Positions 57,529-64,000 of a DNA stretch of 64,000 nt are shown in pieces; position 1 is the first letter of the stretch; every line of letters starts with the position of its first letter. A model generated the notes under the pieces. That model had not been told where the DNA came from, made no database searches, and saw only the letters and a list, made by a program, of their open reading frames with translations. Made by a program: the position numbers and the translations under genes. Source of the DNA: an uncultured virus (IMG/VR IMGVR_UViG_3300030202_002850) (taxonomy: Duplodnaviria > Heunggongvirae > Uroviricota > Caudoviricetes); the IMG/VR virus record IMGVR_UViG_3300030202_002850, positions 1 through 64,000 of that record; one strand, 5' to 3'.

Positions 57529-57619
57529 GGATTATTTATTCTCCAAATCTTCTATTCTCTACACCCCGCCCCTACCCATATTACAAAAACGGATAGTGCT
57601 ATAATTATTATCCATCGCT

Positions 57620-57844
57620 TCATGGTTCTGTTGCGTGGCAGTTATAACACCGATCTACCACTTCTATTGTTTTGTGAAAATCATCTAACTCTAACATCGT
57701 TTTAAACTCATGCTGATAATGGTGACACACAGCTATGTCTGATGATCTCTTAGCCTTACTAATTGCTCCCACATACATAGAATACAAGATACCTAACATG
57801 ACTATTACTATTAGTAGCTCAAGTATTGTGTGGGAGTTTTCCAT
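57620..57844 (-). CDS. prepilin-type N-terminal domain protein
   Basis: HTILELLIVIVMLGILYSM...AISKAK...AVC. Confidence 0.65.
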   Translation of the reverse strand: MENSHTILELLIVIVMLGILYSMYVGAISKAKRSSDIAVCHHYQHEFKTMLELDDFHKTIEVVDRCYNCHATEP

Positions 57845-60800
57845 TAGATCTGCCCCTCATACTCAACGTCATACCGTTCAACATCTGCACGTTCTCCGTA
57901 AATAGTGTAGTAGCAATCAATGTCTGCTCCATTAGCCTCACCAATCTTCACCTCTACGTTAGATGCACTAATCACATACAACTGCTGAAATGATCCTTTA
58001 GGTGTTAGCTGGACAGTAACCGTGCCGTCTCTAACCAACCCTGCCCAGTAATCTGGTAGATCAATCGTGTCACCTTGAACTTCCCCACGTTGATAAACCC
58101 CAATCTCTGGCCCTTCCAAACTTGAGTGACGAAGTTTGTGACCAGTTTTAGTTGGGTGATTAATTTTAAATGATTTACTAATGCCACCAACGTCACCGTT
58201 TATATACATATTACCACTAGCAAAAATGGCGTAACTGCTATTAGGACTAGTACCAACTCCGAGTCTTGTAGTGATCTGGGCATCTCCCACAACGTGTAGG
58301 TTTTCATCACCGGGGGATGTCTTGTTAACAGTTAGTGAATGGTCGGAGCCATTGTAAAATAAACGTGGTGCTTGTTTGACTGTTGTGCTTGCTGTGTAAA
58401 CCGCTATGTTTCCATTAGTTGTGCTAGTCGTAACTGAGCTTGATGAAACTGTACCACTGCCACTGCCGCTAGACGCACTATTCCAAAGGACAGACCCAGA
58501 AGATGATTTAAGTGCAATTGCGTCAGTGCCAATTTCTAAGTACTGGTTACTGCCTCCACTGAATGTGATTCTAGAGTTAAGGGTTAGGTTTCCACTAAGG
58601 GATAGATGCCCATCCTCATCCAAAGTCATGCGGTCATAACCAGTTCCACCTTTGGTTGTAGAAAAAATTAAATCAGCATCACCATCCCCCGCAAATTCGG
58701 TACGAATAGTTCCTTCAGCAGCAGCAGAACTACTGTTGATTTTCATTTGGATAGCACAGAAACGACCAGTGTTAATTGATCCACTGTCGCTATTACGCAG
58801 CACCAAAATAGAGTCAGACTGATCGTTTAAATTAAATGAAGTATCTGCACTTGGGAAAGCAACCTCCAAGCCCTCAGTGAACGGTGCAGATGTCCCAATT
58901 CCTACCTGACCTCCAGTAAACCAAGAGGAACCATCAGTATGAATCTGAACCTTTTGTGTTCCTCCATCCTTGTAAGCACGGATTAAACAGTCGTTACCAG
59001 ACTGACGAACATTGAACATCGCATCGCCAGCGGAATCTTTCATGTTCAGTACATTGGTTCCATCGCCAGTACTTTTAATTAAGAAAGCATCAGATGCATC
59101 TGCGGCAACATTAACGCCTAAGTTAGTTAAATGAGTTCTACCCTCAACCTTTAAGCCTAAATCTCCTGAGTCAGCATTTGTAATGTGCAGCGGATAATTC
59201 CCAGTGTTAGCCTCAATAGTACACGCACCACTAGCACCTACAGCAAAACGAGTGTTACCGCTATCGCCCTTACACCTAAAAATATTTCCACTGCCTTGCT
59301 GAACATCAAGGGCTGTATTGGATGGTACGATTCCAATTCCAACGCCCCCTGAACTAATTTTTAATCTACCAATCGCACTAGTACCAAATGTCAGCAGTTC
59401 ATTATCATGGTTGTACTCTATGTACCCTCTATACTTCTGATTACCATTTACACCATCACCAAAATAAATTGAACCCGTATGAGAAGTCCCAGAGCGAATA
59501 GTCATTCCAGCGTGACCGCCAGTATGCCCTAGAACAAAATCGTCAGCAGTTGATTCTGCATAAGTGTCAGGAGGCAGGGCGTTTAAAAATAATCTTTTAC
59601 TATTATCAACTGCTAAACATTCAGTGTCATGTAAAAATACTGCAAACCCATCAACCTCATCTGATCCATCGTGAAGTGATTTTAATTCAAGCTCGTTTGA
59701 CGTAGCTCCACCCCTACGCCCAACTCTCAAGAATGTTGACCAAGAAATTCCTCCGTCTGTTGGGTCTAAAATATCAAGGACAGTAGCTCGGTTCGTACTA
59801 GGGTTTCTGTTAAAAGATAATTTACCGTGTAATGTGGAATGCCCGTCCTTGTCCCAGTATTGAACCGCAGTTGTTCCCGTCCCTTCTGTACCAGCATCAC
59901 CCAAAGTTGGAACCCGTGTGTTGTTATCTCCTCTCAGTAGTGCGAAGTAACCTTTTCCAGCAGAAATTTTGTAAGCATTTGTAAACGCCCACATTCTTTC
60001 ATTGCCCGTCCAACTTGCTCCAGTATTCCAAACCAAAAATCCTTGACTGCTTAACCTAGCTCCTGATCCTCCTGAGTCGTATTGAACCGAATAACCACGG
60101 AGAGTGTGAGTCATTGGATCGCTAAACGAAGTGCCGGGTCTACCAATTTTAACCCCACCAACCTCCATGCGAAGCACACCAGAAGTTCCTAAAACATCAG
60201 CTTGAATATAACCACCGCCATGTGTGCCAATGATCCTTGTGTTAGCGTTGTTCCAGTATAAACCATAACCATTGTCCAACTGTATATTACCATTCCCGAC
60301 TGTGAATTTTTCAGCGATCTGGCTTGGGCTTTTTCCTAACCCTGTTTTACCAGCACCCGTTACGATTAATGCAGATGCGTCACCTCCAGTGTTAACCCTT
60401 AGTCCCATCGCAGACGTTCCAGAAGAAGCTATTTGAACATTAAGTCCGTTGTCCTCCGACTGAGTTCCGCTATTGTATAAATATGCAAGAAAAGCACTGT
60501 TCCCTAAATCACCAGTTACATGGAGGAGGCTTGTGGGCGATACAGTTCCTACCCCTAGCGACCCCGTAATTGTAGCTCCAGCGGAAGTCGTCTCAAACTT
60601 CTTTGACCCATCGTAAAAAAGCTCAACTGCACCGTTATTGCCAGTACCATCCTTTTTAAAAATAGCAGAGAACTTTTGTCCACCCTTGTATGAGAAATTT
60701 AAATTACCAGCATTAGTGCCTTGCTGCATATATGTGTTAGACCCGTCATGGAATATTTGAAGATCGTCACCACTGCCCCAAACAGATTTAACATTATCGT

Positions 60801-63800
60801 TGGCACGGGTGAGTTCCATGCTCTCATCCCACTCCCAGAATTTTCCGTTATCTGCCCAAAACCTTACATCATGCCCACTACCGTTTGCTCCAACTGTTAA
60901 CGGTTTGTAGACATTAAAGGATGACGAGTTAAACTCTACTACGCTAGTTGACCCAGCGTTAAGCCTACGCATCCCAGAATCGTCTACATATAACCTAAAT
61001 GAGTTAGTGCCGTTGACAACAGCAATACCATCCGTGTTGGTTCCCGCTGGTTGGGCCACACCAAAATGTCCGTAACCTGAGAGGTCTGTTGAATTAACTG
61101 AAACGTGTTGGGATTCGTTAATCCGCATCGCCTCAACTAGATTAGGCCCACCAGATGCGTTAGATGTCCAAAACCCTATAGATCCAGTGTGAGTTGCTCC
61201 CGGCTCAAGCACTTGGATTCTTGCAGTAGCATTTGAGTTTCCAGTTGCATTGCGAGTAAAATCAATATTGCGAACATGACCTGACGAATTATCAATTTGT
61301 AATTTAGTTAAGTCGGTTGCTCCATCAACAAACAAATATCCGTAGACCTCAGTATTGCTTGCGATAGAAGTCGTAGATGACGATATGGTCATTCTAGTTG
61401 TCCCAGCACGTTGGATTAAAAAATTGTGGCTAGAATTTGTTCCAACGACAGCATCACCGCCTGCACGGTTAGCAGTTAGGCGAGCTATGACTGTCCCACT
61501 TTTTACTATGTTCTGAAATAAAGGAGCGTTATTTGCGGTGCTACCAGTTGTTAAGTCACCAGTAGGTATTTCAACATTTCCTCCCGGCAGAATTGTAAGA
61601 CGATCTACTAAAGTATCATCTGCCGTTCCCGGTGTTGCGAAAGCTATTTTAGCGGGAGCAGAAACAGTGTTCGCCGCTCCATGACGAGTAACAGTTATAG
61701 CCGCTGAATTTCTGTAGCTAGAACCAGAAGGAGCGTATGCTACATAAGAAGTTGTACCGATAATGTCTCCATCACTTGTTCCTGTCGGGCTTGCTTCTGT
61801 TCCAGTTGATCGTTGGAAGAATTGCCTCACCGCCCCCGAACTGTGTCCAGAGCCACTGTAATGCAACATCAGGTGATTCCCGTCTGCTGCTGAAATATGT
61901 AATGATTTAGCTGGGGCTGAATTTCCTATGCTGCAATTTCCATTGTTCCTCACGAAGAATCCCGTCCCTGCTCCAGTGTAGGTTGCAAGTGCATAAACAG
62001 TCGTTCCCGAATTAGCAGAACAATCAATGCTTAGACCGTAACCATTTGTGTGTGTATTTTTAATACGAGCAGCCCAATCAGCTTCATTCTCTAAAACATC
62101 AAGGCGTACAGCGGGTACGCAGTTAATTCCAAAATCCCCACTTGTATCTAGGATCATTTTTACGGAATTGTTATTTAGGAAATATAAGTTCTGATTATTC
62201 GCAGCATTTAAATAAGTTGACCCAGCAGAACTTTGAATTAATGCGTAGTTCCCCGTTCCACCAGCATCAATGTGAGAAAATCCAGCGTAATCACTATGTC
62301 CGATGTATCCAACTTTAGCTCGGCCTAAAACATGGTAACTGTCGGTGTCGTTTAAGGCTTCTAACCTACCGCTTTCATGTATGCTGAGTTTGCCAGCAGA
62401 TGTACCAATGTCTAAATAGTCATTCGGATCGGAACCTGACCGTCCAGAAATTGTCCACGTTTCATTACCCGTGGCGGTCATGGTTATAAAATTATTGTTG
62501 TCTGCTCGCTCAGTAATAAATCCACCATCAGCAGTTACCGACCCAGAAAAATCTCCAGCCGTTCCATAAATTAACCAACGCTTGTTACTCAGACCCAAAC
62601 CGTAACCGGGGTCATTAGGATAGAGTGCCGAACTAGAAATTATCGCTCGTTTAGTTCCAGAAGCACTTCCCGATACACCGCCAGCAGTGTGTTCACTGGT
62701 AGCAGCAGTCCTAAACTGCATAGCACCAGACTCGTTCATTATGGAAACGCCTTGGCCGCTGGTTCCAGTTTCTAAAAATAATCTAGGACTTAGGTTATCA
62801 TTTTCGCCACCCTTAATAACCACCCCATCAGCACCATCTGTGCCTTGCAGAACTATTCGGTTTGAAAACTCATTAACGTCACCCAACTTTGCCAACTGTT
62901 CATAGCAAGAGATTTTGTCTAAGTTGAAACTACTACCGCTGTCACTTGCCCAAAATGCTAGGCTAGTGTCGGTAACAACAATTTCTACAGTATATGTTCC
63001 GGGGTTGTGATCGGTATAACCTGAGTAAACATAGCCAGAACTTCCAGCCATGTTGCCAATCCATATTTTAGCAACCCCCGAACCCCCTACAGTAAAAGTA
63101 AGTTTGAATGTTTTGCCCTTGTCAGCAGCAGTGAATATAGATTGCTGAGTTAGTTGGTTGCTTCCAGAAGTTGTATTGAATGTTGCAACACCTGACCCTA
63201 GCACCCAACCTGATCCTAATGTCCAATTGCTTGTGCTGCTAAAATCGCCATTAGAGATTCTGTTAGTTGTGCTGTAAGTTTTAACAACACCTCGCACGGA
63301 AGGAATATTTACACCCAATGAACTGATACGCATCCTTTCCGTCAACGCACTCATCGCACCTTTTCCAGTAGAAAAAATTAATTCTCCGTGGTAAGGGTCT
63401 GCTCCTGTTAGGCAAGTGATTGAAGCCCGATGATAAGAGTTACCAAAAGAGGCAAATGTAATTGCTGAAGAATCTGTCGTTCCACCAGCGGTATTATCCA
63501 ACATTAATACTGGGCCTAAACCATTTGAATTTGACTTAGCTAAATGAAGGAGTTGTGACGGGGCAGTTGTACCTAACGCTGCGAAGCCACTACTAAGAAT
63601 ATTAAAATTATTTGCCGAAGCCTGTGCTGCTGCACCAAAACCTAAAACACTATTCTCAGCGACGATATATGCACTTGTGTCGTTGTCTGCGACTCTAAGT
63701 TTAGCCCTGTTGGTTCTAGATTTTACCGTTAGCCCAACTTCAGCCCCACCTTCAGAATTAAACGTGACTAATTTTGTTTCGCCATTAACAGAGTTGCCAA

Positions 63801-64000
63801 CTTGAAGGTTGTTAGAAAGAACAATATCTGTTGCATCAAAACTAATTTTCTCTGTTCCACCATACTGGAATATCGCCCTGCCAGATCCCGGTGGAATAAT
63901 GTTAATACGAGCATTAGCGTTAGTTCCTGTTGGTGTAATTGTTAACTGTGCCGCTGCATCAGTGGAGGTAATGGAAAGATGTCCAGCAGACGATATGGCT
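57844..64000 (-). CDS. long tail fibre protein (5' truncated, >2000 aa)
   Basis: Frame open to the window edge (checked manually); repeated RM.I.SSG.VGIG...P...LHV units; C-terminal KSF.I.HP...LRHSSLEGPE domain. Confidence 0.85.
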   Translation of the reverse strand, partial: AISSAGHLSITSTDAAAQLTITPTGTNANARINIIPPGSGRAIFQYGGTEKISFDATDIVLSNNLQVGNSVNGETKLVTFNSEGGAEVGLTVKSRTNRAKLRVADNDTSAYIVAENSVLGFGAAAQASANNFNILSSGFAALGTTAPSQLLHLAKSNSNGLGPVLMLDNTAGGTTDSSAITFASFGNSYHRASITCLTGADPYHGELIFSTGKGAMSALTERMRISSLGVNIPSVRGVVKTYSTTNRISNGDFSSTSNWTLGSGWVLGSGVATFNTTSGSNQLTQQSIFTAADKGKTFKLTFTVGGSGVAKIWIGNMAGSSGYVYSGYTDHNPGTYTVEIVVTDTSLAFWASDSGSSFNLDKISCYEQLAKLGDVNEFSNRIVLQGTDGADGVVIKGGENDNLSPRLFLETGTSGQGVSIMNESGAMQFRTAATSEHTAGGVSGSASGTKRAIISSSALYPNDPGYGLGLSNKRWLIYGTAGDFSGSVTADGGFITERADNNNFITMTATGNETWTISGRSGSDPNDYLDIGTSAGKLSIHESGRLEALNDTDSYHVLGRAKVGYIGHSDYAGFSHIDAGGTGNYALIQSSAGSTYLNAANNQNLYFLNNNSVKMILDTSGDFGINCVPAVRLDVLENEADWAARIKNTHTNGYGLSIDCSANSGTTVYALATYTGAGTGFFVRNNGNCSIGNSAPAKSLHISAADGNHLMLHYSGSGHSSGAVRQFFQRSTGTEASPTGTSDGDIIGTTSYVAYAPSGSSYRNSAAITVTRHGAANTVSAPAKIAFATPGTADDTLVDRLTILPGGNVEIPTGDLTTGSTANNAPLFQNIVKSGTVIARLTANRAGGDAVVGTNSSHNFLIQRAGTTRMTISSSTTSIASNTEVYGYLFVDGATDLTKLQIDNSSGHVRNIDFTRNATGNSNATARIQVLEPGATHTGSIGFWTSNASGGPNLVEAMRINESQHVSVNSTDLSGYGHFGVAQPAGTNTDGIAVVNGTNSFRLYVDDSGMRRLNAGSTSVVEFNSSSFNVYKPLTVGANGSGHDVRFWADNGKFWEWDESMELTRANDNVKSVWGSGDDLQIFHDGSNTYMQQGTNAGNLNFSYKGGQKFSAIFKKDGTGNNGAVELFYDGSKKFETTSAGATITGSLGVGTVSPTSLLHVTGDLGNSAFLAYLYNSGTQSEDNGLNVQIASSGTSAMGLRVNTGGDASALIVTGAGKTGLGKSPSQIAEKFTVGNGNIQLDNGYGLYWNNANTRIIGTHGGGYIQADVLGTSGVLRMEVGGVKIGRPGTSFSDPMTHTLRGYSVQYDSGGSGARLSSQGFLVWNTGASWTGNERMWAFTNAYKISAGKGYFALLRGDNNTRVPTLGDAGTEGTGTTAVQYWDKDGHSTLHGKLSFNRNPSTNRATVLDILDPTDGGISWSTFLRVGRRGGATSNELELKSLHDGSDEVDGFAVFLHDTECLAVDNSKRLFLNALPPDTYAESTADDFVLGHTGGHAGMTIRSGTSHTGSIYFGDGVNGNQKYRGYIEYNHDNELLTFGTSAIGRLKISSGGVGIGIVPSNTALDVQQGSGNIFRCKGDSGNTRFAVGASGACTIEANTGNYPLHITNADSGDLGLKVEGRTHLTNLGVNVAADASDAFLIKSTGDGTNVLNMKDSAGDAMFNVRQSGNDCLIRAYKDGGTQKVQIHTDGSSWFTGGQVGIGTSAPFTEGLEVAFPSADTSFNLNDQSDSILVLRNSDSGSINTGRFCAIQMKINSSSAAAEGTIRTEFAGDGDADLIFSTTKGGTGYDRMTLDEDGHLSLSGNLTLNSRITFSGGSNQYLEIGTDAIALKSSSGSVLWNSASSGSGSGTVSSSSVTTSTTNGNIAVYTASTTVKQAPRLFYNGSDHSLTVNKTSPGDENLHVVGDAQITTRLGVGTSPNSSYAIFASGNMYINGDVGGISKSFKINHPTKTGHKLRHSSLEGPEIGVYQRGEVQGDTIDLPDYWAGLVRDGTVTVQLTPKGSFQQLYVISASNVEVKIGEANGADIDCYYTIYGERADVERYDVEYEGQI

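Overview
The window is about 64 kb of an uncultured, probably podovirus-like dsDNA phage genome with two small N gaps. Two gene motifs hint at a Verrucomicrobia/PVC host (inference). The + strand arm (~1.6-20.2 kb) holds small early genes, a MoxR-like AAA+/DUF3150-like/vWA-metallopeptidase triad, an RlpA-type lytic transglycosylase, a Sak4-like ATPase, PD-(D/E)XK nucleases, an Hjc-like resolvase, DnaB, two HTH proteins and a tyrosine recombinase. The - strand arm holds a tail fibre, holin/spanin-like genes, portal, scaffold, major capsid, tail and ejection genes, including a 3160-aa protein; terL alone is inverted. Main finding: a 272-aa Nop/IS110-C-terminal-like protein with no nuclease domain (11721-12539) lies upstream of a 20-unit, 36-bp-period array (12830-13550) in which two 10-nt repeats alternate with 8-nt variable segments. 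This is the architecture of a TIGR-Tas (TasA-type) RNA-guided system. Also notable: 17 copies of a 21-bp palindrome TAATAWCTGGSCCAGWTATTA, mostly at gene junctions; a ~590-nt highly structured non-coding region; four stem-loop/TAACCA intergenic elements; and a phosphoesterase fused to a probable head-tail protein. Protein family calls come from motif recognition only; no database searches were run.
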